DNA of 63,889 bases, filler included, from Xylographa opegraphella (lineage: Eukaryota): NCBI GenBank assembly GCA_022813865.1. It is 4 parts of 4 records of this genome, joined end to end, with 100 filler letters (N's around TTAATTAATTAA, not from the genome) between each part and the next. Parts side by side here need not be neighbours in the genome. Positions count along the whole stretch, not along the records: positions 37,680 to 54,841 come from JALDZX010000145.1; positions 54,942 to 63,889 come from JALDZX010000185.1; 2 more parts are not named here. The stretch is one strand, 5' to 3'. Below the pieces are notes generated by a model that was not told the origin of the DNA, ran no database searches, and was given only the letters and a program-made list of their open reading frames with translations. A program made the position numbers and the translations under genes. Shown here piece by piece: positions 46,431 through 57,407 of the stretch. How positions within the stretch are numbered: position 1 is the first letter of the stretch; every line of letters begins with the position of its first letter.

Positions 46431-48541
46431 ATTATTCGCTTTCAGCAGTCCTTGTGACAACTTTGTATTTTACAATAAATAAAAATTATATACTTTTTGT
46501 TTAATATTATATAAAATACGTGCGTTTTTTAATATATATCGTAAGTTTTTGTAAAATCTCGAATAAAATATTTTAATATAAACCAGTTATAATATTTATT
46601 AATAAAATAAAATATTTTAATTACTTCGAAATATCTCGTTATTAAAATATCGTAATATTGTTTTGAAATATGATTACGCAGTATAAATAAAATAAAAATT
46701 TATTTTTTTCGAAAAATAATAGACCGTTACGAATAATAAAATTAAAATATATTATCGATATTACGGTAACGAAGGAAACGTATTATTTTTTAAAAAATAA
46801 TTGTTTAATTTCGAGCGATAAATTAATTTGAACAACGTTAAATATCGCGATAAAGTATTCTTTGGTATTTTGTATTATCGTTCACACGCGATTTAAATTT
46901 TTTAAAAAATACATATAAAAAGCTTTACGTAAGTAAATTATAGTATAAATTTTTGAATTTAAAATTACTTATTTAATTCATGCGCCGCGATAATACGTTA
47001 ACTAAATTCAATTTTTCAAACATGTATAAAATTATAAAATTAAAATTAGCAAAATATTTTATTTATCGCATTTGACGACGCGGTGAATAATTCGCAATAT
47101 TTTACGATAACTGTTTTATAATCATAAATATATTTTAATCGAAAAATATTTTTTTTAAAACGTATAATAATTCTTTGATTTATTTCTAACGTATTTTACA
47201 AAAGCTAAAATATTTGTTCAATTTAGTTAATAACAGCGTTGTTTTGCTATAATAAAATCATTTACGAATTATTATATTAAAAGTTGGAAATTATATCGAA
47301 TTTTAAGAATTAAATACAAAATAAATGATATTAAAATTATCTAATTATTTTTTTACTTTGTATATAATTTTACGAAATAGATTATTCTTTAGTAATCAAA
47401 ACTTTCGCAATATTGTAAAATAATCTAATATGATTTAACCTATTTTAACAATAATTTAATATAAATAATTAATAATATTTCAATTTATAAATTCACTTTT
47501 CGCTTCAATCGTTAATATAATGCTTTTTTTACTACGGCAAATAATTTTTTAATTATTAAAAATAATTATGTTTTATTTTATTTAGCTAAAAAAGCCTGCG
47601 TACAAACAAGACGATTTTTAAATATTTAGTCCTATAAAAATATAATAATAATATTTAAATTTAAGATTAATAACTATCGAATCGCTCAGATTGCCTCGTT
47701 TAATTAATTATTAATTCAATTTTTACGCAAGAGTAAACAAGATAAAAAATTCAAACAAAAGTTAATATAATTAAATTACTACAATTTTTTGCAAAAAATT
47801 AATAAATATTAGAAAGTATTATTTTTTGACGTAAATTATCGATATTATCGCGCGTTAAGAAAATTAAACGTTAAAATACTATAAAACTAAATTATTAAAT
47901 TTTTTTCTCGAGGCCTATATTATTAATTATAATATAATTTTTAAATTTGCGTTTCCGATTAAAAGTTTGTTATATATAATATATTTATTATATATTAAAA
48001 AACCTTAGTATGTACGGCGGGAAATTAAAATTCTAAAAAGAATTTTATCGATAAAATATTAAACTTAGAAATTATATTAAATGTGATCTATATATCGTAA
48101 CCAATTTATTTTAAAACTAGAACGTTAATTTAGTATATAAATTCTTATAAACATTAGCGATATTTCATCGGCGTTGCGTAATTGAAAAATGTATAATTTT
48201 TAGATTCGTTTATTAATCTTTTGGAATTTATTTTTTATAAATTATTTAAATCGGCATCGTAGTTTTTATTCTTAACGATATTGTAATTTTTATTTTAATT
48301 ACTGTATGAGACCTCGATAAAGTTTATAATAATCGTTAATCAACTATAAATTACTTAGTCGTTAAATAAATAATTAATTATCGATTGTCGTTAACTAATT
48401 TCGAATTAATCAGCGATTTAAAGTTTTATATATAGTCGAGAGTTTATTAATATAAAATTAGTTACTGATTAATATGTAATTAATTGTCGATTTTTAATTT
48501 TTAATTATCGGTTGAAAGTTCTGCACGCACGCGAGTTATAA

Positions 48542-48661
48542 ATTATCAACGTTAATATTATCAACGTCAATATTATTAACGTCAATATCATTAACGTTAA
48601 TATTATTGGCGTTAATATTATCAGCGTTAATATTATCAGCGTTAATATTACTAGCGTTAAT
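48542..48661 (+). repeat. 15-bp tandem repeat, 8 copies (consensus ATTATCARCGTTAAT)
   Basis: Units differ only by C/T and G/A transitions. Confidence 0.9.
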
Positions 48662-48935
48662 TAATTCTTAACAGGACGTTTAATTCGTTAAAGTATAAAA
48701 TTTAATATGAAATATTTACGTTAAACAAATCAATTAAAAAAATTATACTTTAAATTTTTTTAAAATTTTTTATTTATAAAATAAAATTTAATATACTTAA
48801 CTATCAATAATTATAATGAATAAGTTTAAAATGTTTAAATAACTTTCGTAAGTTATATCGTACATTTTAGTATAATAATCGAGTTATTTTTAGATCTCGT
48901 TATAATAATAACGCTTTTATTATAAATTTAGCGAT

Positions 48936-49149
48936 TGTCACGAGCAATGTGAACTTTTGTGTGAATAAAGAAAATGATGAATATTTATGGAAACGGGCCC
49001 CATTTTATAGGGCCCTTTTACGCTAATTTTGCAGAAGCAGGCGAGGTAAAAGCTCTGCAGAATAAGGCCCCCAGTAAGGAAGCCATGCACAGGGTGGGCC
49101 TTAAAGAGGAAGTCACGTGGCTGAAAATCACGTCTTGCGAGCTGTATCA
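48936..49149. mobile_element. Solo LTR, family E (214 bp), TSD GCGAT
   Basis: TGTCACG...TGTATCA, a GC-preserved island flanked on both sides by GCGAT. Orientation not determined. Confidence 0.85.
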
Positions 49150-49513
49150 GCGATAATAAATAACGATTTTTTTTAAATTAAATTTTGTGATTTAATATAA
49201 TTATCGTTTTTACGGCGATAAAAATTTAAATTAAATTTATCTTTAACGTTATTTCGTTTATCAAAGGTTTCGTTTGGGCGAATAATAAAAATAATTATTC
49301 TAAAAATTATATCGAAGTTTTTGTATAAATTTACGAAGTTTTTATACAGTATATAATTCAGTATATAATTTTTATTTGTTTTATTTTATTCGCTGCGATT
49401 TAATTAATCGATAAATAAACTCGTTATATTATAAATTAAATTAATCGATTGAATCCAATGAGCGAAGTAGCTAAATTAATCGTTAAATCGAATAAATTAA
49501 ATAAGTTAATGAA

Positions 49514-49762
49514 TCAATAAATTCAATAAATTCAATAAATTCAATAAATTCAATAAATTCAATAAATTCAATAAATTCAATAAATTCAATAAATTCAATA
49601 AATTCAATAAATTCAATAAATTCAATAAATTCAATAAATTCAATAAATTCAATAAATTCAATAAATTCAATAAATTCAATAAATTCAATAAATTCAATAA
49701 ATTCAATAAATTCAATAAATTCAATAAATTCAATAAATTCAATAAATTCAATAAATTCAATA
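49514..49762 (+). repeat. Perfect 9-bp tandem array (TCAATAAAT)n, about 27 copies
   Basis: Read directly; produces the spurious NLL-repeat ORF. Confidence 0.97.
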
Positions 49763-49817
49763 TTTTATATGATTAATTTCTAGGGTAAATTTTCGCTGTA
49801 AAAGAAACTATATATAT

Positions 49818-49955
49818 TAATATATATAACTTACTCAATATATATATATTATTTCATATATATAACTTAATTAATATATATTTTATTTAATATATATAAC
49901 TTAATTAATATATATTTTATTTAATATATATAACTTTATTAATATATATTTTATT
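49818..49955 (+). repeat. About 34-bp AT-rich tandem repeat, about 4 copies
   Basis: Unit TAATATATATAACTTAATTAATATATATTTTATT at 49888, with a one-base variant at 49922 and weaker copies upstream. Confidence 0.8.
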
Positions 49956-49999
49956 TTTAACTATTGTAAAATTCAAACTATATATAAATTAAGTTTTAC

Positions 50000-52900
50000 T
50001 TACATTTTAATAATAAAATCGGATAATTTAAATATTTATTATTATTTTTTAATTTTATAATCATCTCGCGTAGTATTTGTACGAAATAAAGATCGATATT
50101 CTTTAATACTAAAAATTCAAAAATTATCGATCAAATCTTGATTTTATTAGACCTGGAAATTAAGTATCGAATTTAGGATAAATTCGCTAACAAAATTCTT
50201 TTATTTGCGAAGTATTTATATTATAGAAAATACGTAAGATTTTCTACAATAAATATACGTAAATATTTATTAAAATTCTATTTTCATATTTTTTATGATA
50301 CAGTTTTCGTTACAATAGATTTAACGTTTATTATTTTTTATTAATATACACAATTCGATCGTATTATTTAGATATTTTATTATCGAAATCAATAATAATT
50401 TTTAAATTATAATTAATTATATAAATTCAATGAATATTGGTAAAAGAAATATTAAAGAAAATCAATTTTTTATAATTAATAAAATCAATCAATTATAATT
50501 AATAAAAATTACCTTTTATTATTCAAAAACCTCGTATTAATGAAAAACGATAATATAATTTAAATTTTTTCAAAATTATAATATTTAAATATCGTTTTTA
50601 TTGTTATTTTCGTCATTACGATTGCGTTTCTTTGTAAATAAATATTTATCAATTAAATTGAGATATTAAATTTTTAGAAATTATAAATTTTTTGAAATAT
50701 TAATTCTAGGCCCCAGTGAGTTTTGAACGCAAGAACTAACGAAAAACGTTTTTTATTAAAAAATTAGCCTATTAAATTTAATAAAACTACGTTATCGGCT
50801 ATCTTTTAAATATTTTATATTTTAACTCCTTAAATAAAATATTAATATTTATTATCGTCAAATACTTATAAGCAAAATCTATTGAATACAAACCTGCGTA
50901 TATATTAAAAAGATTTATTATTTTATTTTATTTTAATATATATTTACAGCTTATTCGTAATACATTAAAAACTTCGATTTTAACGTTAAAACCTTTTATA
51001 ATAATATTTTTTATGATAATATTTTTCGTATTAAAGACCGCTATATTGAACATCGTTATATTAAAACCCGTTATATCGAGAGTAGTTGTAAAAAACCCTT
51101 TATATTTATAATTCAGTACTTAATATATTAATAATATTTGGCATTTCGGCATTTAAACCAGAAATAACAATAATAAATTTAATATTATTAATAGAATTAA
51201 AAGCGTTTTTTGCGCATTAATATAAGTTTTAATAATAATATTTTTTATAAATAATCATTAAATAAATCATTTTATAGAAAATAAAAATATTACTGCCTAC
51301 GATAGTATTACATTTTATAATTCTACAAAATGCCCAGATAATAATTTTAATAGTAAATTAAAATCGATTGTTATATTTAATACGTAATTTAATAGTATAA
51401 AAATATAAAAATCGATATTAAATTATTTTTTTCTAAACTTTATAATATTAAAAAAATTAAAATTTGTAGCTCGATCTGTTTTAAACATGGATTAATTTTG
51501 AAATATTATAATAAATTTGAAATTCTAGATCAGCGACTAGGAAGAAAAAGATTTAAAAAATATATAAATATTTTTTTATTTTAATCTTTAAAAAAATATA
51601 AAAAATATAATTACGTGTTCAATACAGAACGCTGGCCTGTACGTACGCTTTGATAATACTTGGTAATTGCTTGGCAGTTTAGCCTTTTTATATGATAATT
51701 TTAGGGCCTTTATAATAAAGTGTTTTTATGCTTTTAATACAATTAAATTTATTGTAATAATATAATAGTATTATTTTACTATTAATTTTAAAGTATTGAA
51801 ATTGTCCGCGAAATCGCTAGATTTTTAGCTACCAGATTTTAAGCTATTAAATTTAATCTTTCGATTACAGCTTATTTACGTAATAATTTAATAGTAGCTT
51901 TATAATTTAATATTTTAATTAAATTCGTTAAATATTCTTTTGTAATAAATATCGATAGCAAAAGCTATTAATTAACATAAATCTTTTTAATCTGTTAAAA
52001 GAATTTATAAAACGCAGTACGAGGCTACATTAACGGCCTTGCTATCTAATATATTTTTTTAACTTTATAATTTATAAAGCACTTTTTTCAAAAGAATTAA
52101 TATGTTTTTTAGAAAAAAACCTTTTTTTAAAAATTAATTAAAATCCGATTTAAACTTAATTAAGTTTTTTTATATTTTATGTACGTTTACGATATTTAGA
52201 GATTGAATTAAATTTCGCATTTAATTACGTTATACTGATTATATAGAAAGTAATATAAGAGCTTTTAAGATCAATTTATCAATCGGAAATATTTTTAAAT
52301 ACAAATTCCGTATATATTAATCTATTTTTTAAGAAAATTTAAGCCAGAATCTACGATACAGTAAAACTATACTTTTAAGTAGTATAAATTCTTATCAATA
52401 TTTAAAATCGCTCGATAAAATAAAAATAATAAATTAAATGTAATCTCGACTGGGTTTACAATGAAAAAAGTTTCTTTAAATAATGAAACGATTTAATTAA
52501 TAGCTATTAAGTTTAACCCTATTATTTAATCTCGAAATTTTAAAACGATTTAGTATTTTTAAACGGTTTAATATTTTAAACGACTATTCGAATCGCTATT
52601 TAAATATGTTATATAAGAAAACGGTAATTGATAGCTAAGTTATTAAAATATTTCAATATTTAACTTTTTTAAAAAGTAAAAACTTAGCGAAAATCTTGAA
52701 ATATATTATAAACTTTAATAATATTCGGAGAATTAATTTTTTTTAACAAATTCTTAATTTTAAATATTTGATGGGCTTATTAAAAGCGATATTATCGCCG
52801 TAGTTTAAAAATATAACTATATAATAATCGTCGACTATTCGTTATTTCTCTATTAATAATTAATCGCTAGTAAATATAAAAATCGTTTGATTATAATAAT

Positions 52901-54760
52901 ACATCATAGCTAAAAATTATTTAATATAACAATAATAAAATATCGTAATTCGTTAATATATATAAAGGTAAATAAATATAGTATTTCGAAAATTTCGAAA
53001 ATTTCATCGCATATACATAAACAACGTAGTAGTATTTTTAAATTATTATTAAAGTATATTAATTATTTATCATATATTTTTGATAAATTTAAAACTATAA
53101 ATATTTCTGTTAAAATTATAAAAATCTTTCTGAGCTTTTTAAATATTAAATTATTAAAGTAAATCATAAATTCGCTTAAATTAATAATAATTGAGAAAAA
53201 TTCCTTATTATAAGCAAGTTAAACTTTTCTCGAATATTCAAGCAGCTCGAAATATATTTTAAATTTATAAAATATATATATAATTATATTTCAATATACG
53301 CCGACATGTTTTATTTATTATAGTTAAAAACGATTATATTTCTAAAAGCTTCGCCGATCGCTAATAATGGCAGAAAGAAATTTTTAGCTCGGTTATTTAT
53401 TTATCAATCGATATTTAAAAGATTAATTAATATCGTTTAGAATTATGTAAAAATTATTGTTAAATTTAGTAATATTAATATATTTTAATTAATTTCGAAT
53501 ATTTCGATCGATTTCGACGAGTTAAAAATAACAATAAACGCTATAATTTATTACGTTAAGCCCGGTACCGACCTATTTAAATATCTTTTAAATTAGTAAT
53601 TTAATTAAACTTTTTAATCGATTTATAATCGACGTTGAAATTCGGTACTAACCAATTAAATTAAAAATAGCAGGTTTGATTTGAATATCTGAAAACGTTG
53701 AATACATAATTGAGAACTATAAATAATCGATTATTATTGTTATAAATTATAAAGCAATCGTTAAATCGTTAAACAAATTAATCTTACAATATCGTTAGTA
53801 AAGGAATTAAATTTAGAACTAATTCAAGCCAGCGAATATGTTTAACGATTCTTGTTTGATATTTAATATAAATTAAAAAAGCTCAATATCGTTCTAAATA
53901 TTTTCGCAAAAAATTTAAAAAATAATTATTTATAAATAATGTCGAGGGAGGGCTTAACGCGTTATAATTATATTACGAAAATACTAAAACGTCGTATTTA
54001 TTTTTATTAAAATACGCGTTTATTTGCTCGCTCGTTAGAATATCGAAAGAATCTAAAAATTATACTGTTAATAAATATTTGTAAGACTCGGTATATATAA
54101 AAATACTAAAATTAGTTATGAAAAACGATAATTTATATTAAAATAATAAAACCAAATTGCTTTTTATGCGCTACAAAAGAATTTAATTTATAAATTTGAC
54201 GTTTTTATAAAATCGTATAAATATGAAAAACAAAAACTTTGTTTATTTATATTAATTTTACATAATCTTTTTCAGAGCGTATACGGGAATATAGATACTT
54301 TAAATATATACGTTTTTATAAAAGTTTAAACGCGATTTAATATATTCGGAATTTGAATAAAAATAATTCTTTTTTATTATACTACTTGTAGTATTAAATG
54401 ATTTAAATTAGAAAATATAAATCGTATAAAAATCTATAATTAATTAAATCGATATTAATATTATTTTATATCATAGTTAATAATTTTTGTTTTTGCTTTT
54501 TCGATGTTCCGCGAAAGATTTGATATACTTTTTTTAATAACGTATAAACTTTTTGTACGAGTAATTTTAATAATTAAAGTTTTCATATTCTCGGTTTTAT
54601 AATAGGCAAAAGTATTATTTAAAAAATTAAAAGTAAATAAATTGATTTTACTAACAAACTTTTTATTACATTAAAACTACAACTTTTTAAGTGATTTTTA
54701 AAAAGTCGTATTTAATTAGTTAAGCGTAAAATTAATATATTTTACAGTCTATTATTTTTC
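50000..54760 (-). mobile_element. RIP-degraded repeat block, possibly a LINE ORF2 on the minus strand
   Basis: Weak motifs only: about 51620-51690 IIKAYVQASVLY (cf. .Y.ACV....LYG), about 53560 RSVPG (cf. K.APGPDG), YVN near 51975. Motif spacing is irregular. Confidence 0.35.
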
Positions 54761-54774
54761 AATAAAAAAATAAA

Positions 54775-54841
54775 TAAAATAAATAAAATAAAATAAAATA
54801 AAATAAAATAAAATAAAATAAAATAAAATAAAATAAAATAA
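54775..54841 (+). repeat. (TAAAA)n simple repeat at contig end
   Basis: Read directly. Confidence 0.95.
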
Positions 54842-54941
54842 NNNNNNNNNNNNNNNNNNNNNNNNNNNNNNNNNNNNNNNNNNNNTTAATTAATTAANNN
54901 NNNNNNNNNNNNNNNNNNNNNNNNNNNNNNNNNNNNNNNNN
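54842..54941. other. Artificial contig linker N44-TTAATTAATTAA-N44
   Basis: Same construct as 19309-19408. Confidence 0.95.
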
Positions 54942-55424
54942 CCCCTACTGCGAAGACCTTAGGGGGGACAATCAGGGCTCGCTAGCGCTCACCCAGAACC
55001 CATATTTTCATAAACGCTCCAAACACATCGACGTAATATATTACCATATTCGAGACCTGGCAAAGCAAAACTAAATCAAGATAACGTACGTATTTATATA
55101 GAATGTGGTCGCGAACCGGCTAATTAAGGTATTAAATCCTATTAAAAATAAGCAGTTTACAAGGCTTCTGAGTATGTTAAACAGTAGAAATACTACAGTA
55201 GTTAAGGGATGTCACAATACAGGCTGAGTAAAAATATTGAAAATCCAGGGGGTTAGCAGCCTGTGTTGTCGGCTTATACTATAGCCAATTAGAACTAGTT
55301 TAGCACAGGACTCAAAGAGTCTTCTGAAGCCTTAGCTTCAGGAGAATTCTTTACCTTCTTAATGATTAAGCAATGCACTGCTATCTGCTGCCAAAACCCC
55401 TGTGCCTAATGATTAAATTCAATA
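54942..55424 (+). mobile_element. 3' end of a Ty1/Copia element: RNase H relic, PPT and 3' LTR (55235-55424)
   Basis: GDNQGSLALTQNPYFHKRSKHIDVIYYHIRDL is the Copia RNase H signature; VANRLIK resembles ADGLTK; LTR termini TATTGAA...TTCAATA are mutated TGTTGAA...TTCAACA. Confidence 0.88.
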
Positions 55425-55573
55425 AAAGCTTTTATTTTTATTTAAAGATCGAAGGGCCATTAAAAGCAAATAAATATTTACGTTAAAATTAATTTTTAAA
55501 AAAATTTAAATATACAACTCGCAAAATCGTTAAAGGTTTTTAATAATAATACGAAATCGATTACGATAAAACT

Positions 55574-55822
55574 TGTTACGGCTCGCTATCTCACCAGAAA
55601 AGCAGGCCTAGAACCACAGCTATAGGTGAGCGATTTCAACCTAGAATAATACAAGGAAGCAAGTTTANNNNNNNNNNNNNNNNNNNNNNNNNNNNNNNNN
55701 NNNNNNNNNNNNNNNNNNNNNNNNNNNNNNNNNNNNNNNNNNNNNNNNNNNNNNNNNNCCGGACGCGCTTTAGTCCCGTTCCGTCTATCACTTGTTAAGG
55801 TGCCATGTAACACGCCGTTACA
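55574..55822 (-). mobile_element. Family-A LTR with TSD AAACT (contains an N gap)
   Basis: Reverse complement of 2841-3070, with AAACT on both sides. Confidence 0.9.
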
Positions 55823-56784
55823 AAACTTTCGTTTTAATAATTATATTTATTTTTATAAATTTTTATTTATTTTTATAATGTTGCGATTTAAATTTTTTTA
55901 TTTTAATAGTTTTTATATAAAAAACGTACGAAACGATCGCGTCGCATATTTTATTTAAATAAAAAAATATAATTATTTTAAAATAAATTTTGTAGCTATT
56001 CGAGAGTAAAAAAATAAAATACGAAACTGTTTTTATAAAAGTATTAAAAATAAAATAATAAATTTTTTATTAAAAATATATATTTACTATTCGATAACAA
56101 AATGCTACTCGATAACGAAACGGTAATTAATAATAATTTCATTAATAATAGGCCCCGATGTTTATATACAATAAAAATATGAATATAAAAATCTATAAAC
56201 TTAAATGCCCAAGGGGCGCCCCCGAAAAAGGCCCCCGGGGCGAATATAATTACCCGGGAATTAAAAAGTTTAGAAAATAAACGAAGGCTTTTGTTACGAT
56301 TCTGCTTTTTATTAATATAATTCGATTCAGGATCTGGGTTGAATTCGTTAATAAATAAATAAAAAGACACAGTAATAAATCAATCGTTTTTTAAAGGTAA
56401 TAATTTTCGTATAGTAATTGTATTGAAGCTTATTATTTTAAAATTATAATATAAATTGAATACGTTTTTTATAATAAAAGAAATTCTTTACTTTATATAA
56501 AAGTTTTATTTTAAAATTATAATATAAATTGAATACGTTTTTTACAATAAAAGAAATTTTTTACTTTATATTAAAGTTTTATTTTAAAATGCCTTCCATG
56601 CCTCTCGAGGGAGACTATTAAAATAAAAAAAATTATGCCTTTTATGCCTCCTTAAAGAGGCAAAGAAAGCAATCAAATTAAAGTTCCCTCGACCCTTGTT
56701 TTATATAATATTGGTCAGAATTTTATTATTAGCTTTCTCCGCCAGATTCTTGCTCCGAAAGAATTTCAGCAATTTCTTTATATT

Positions 56785-57200
56785 ATATTAAAATATAAAT
56801 TTACCAGCGCTTACCGTCGAGAGATTTAATCGCATAACATTCGTAATAGCAGAAAATTCACGATGTATTCTTGCGATCGTTATATTACAAAGTATTTAAT
56901 TTATAAAAATTTTTCGAAATCGAAGTTCTGCGTAAATTGTATTGCGGTTAAAACTCGTTGTTTTTGAATTATTATAAAAACTGACCGTCGCGATTTAAGA
57001 AAACAAAAGAGTAAAATAAAACGTCGAATAATTAAATTAAAACAAATTTTAAATTAAGCTTAACAAGCCCTTGATCGTAAAAAACGTCGATTTTTAAATA
57101 TTAAAAACGAGGAACGGGAAATATTTTAGCGTAAAATATTTAATATCAAAATCCTGGAAAATAATAAACATTAAAAAACGAAAGCCTTTATTAACGATTT
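56785..57200 (+). pseudogene. Antisense accessory ORF of the Gypsy element: Zn2Cys6-like cluster plus coiled coil, RIP-inactivated
   Basis: 56872-56961 reads CDRYITKYLIYKNFSKSKFCVNCIAVKTRC. Reverting two TAT codons to TGT gives C-x2-C-x6-C-x8-C-x2-C-x6-C. A K/R/E/Q/L helical segment follows in the same frame. Confidence 0.7.
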
Positions 57201-57207
57201 TTTAAAG

Positions 57208-57407
57208 CTTTTTCTTTTTCTTTTTCTTTTTCTTTTTCTTTTTCTTTTTCTTTTTCTTTTTCTTTTTCTTTTTCTTNNNNNNNNNNNNNNNNNNNNNNNN
57301 NNNNNNNNNNNNNNNNNNNNNNNNNNNNNNNNNNNNNTTCTTTTTCTTTTTCTTTTTCTTTTTCTTTTTCTTTTTCTTTTTCTTTTTCTTTTTCTTTTTC
57401 TTTTTTT
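57208..57407 (+). repeat. (CTTTTT)n simple repeat spanning an N gap (57277-57337)
   Basis: Read directly; lies between the pol end and the antisense ORF. Confidence 0.9.

Noticed and set aside
49506..49760. ORF encoding (NLL)n
   Set aside because: Translation of a 9-bp tandem repeat.
48542..49955. Tandem arrays as CRISPR-like or telomeric repeats
   Set aside because: No unique spacers, no cas genes, eukaryotic context, and no TTAGGG-type unit.
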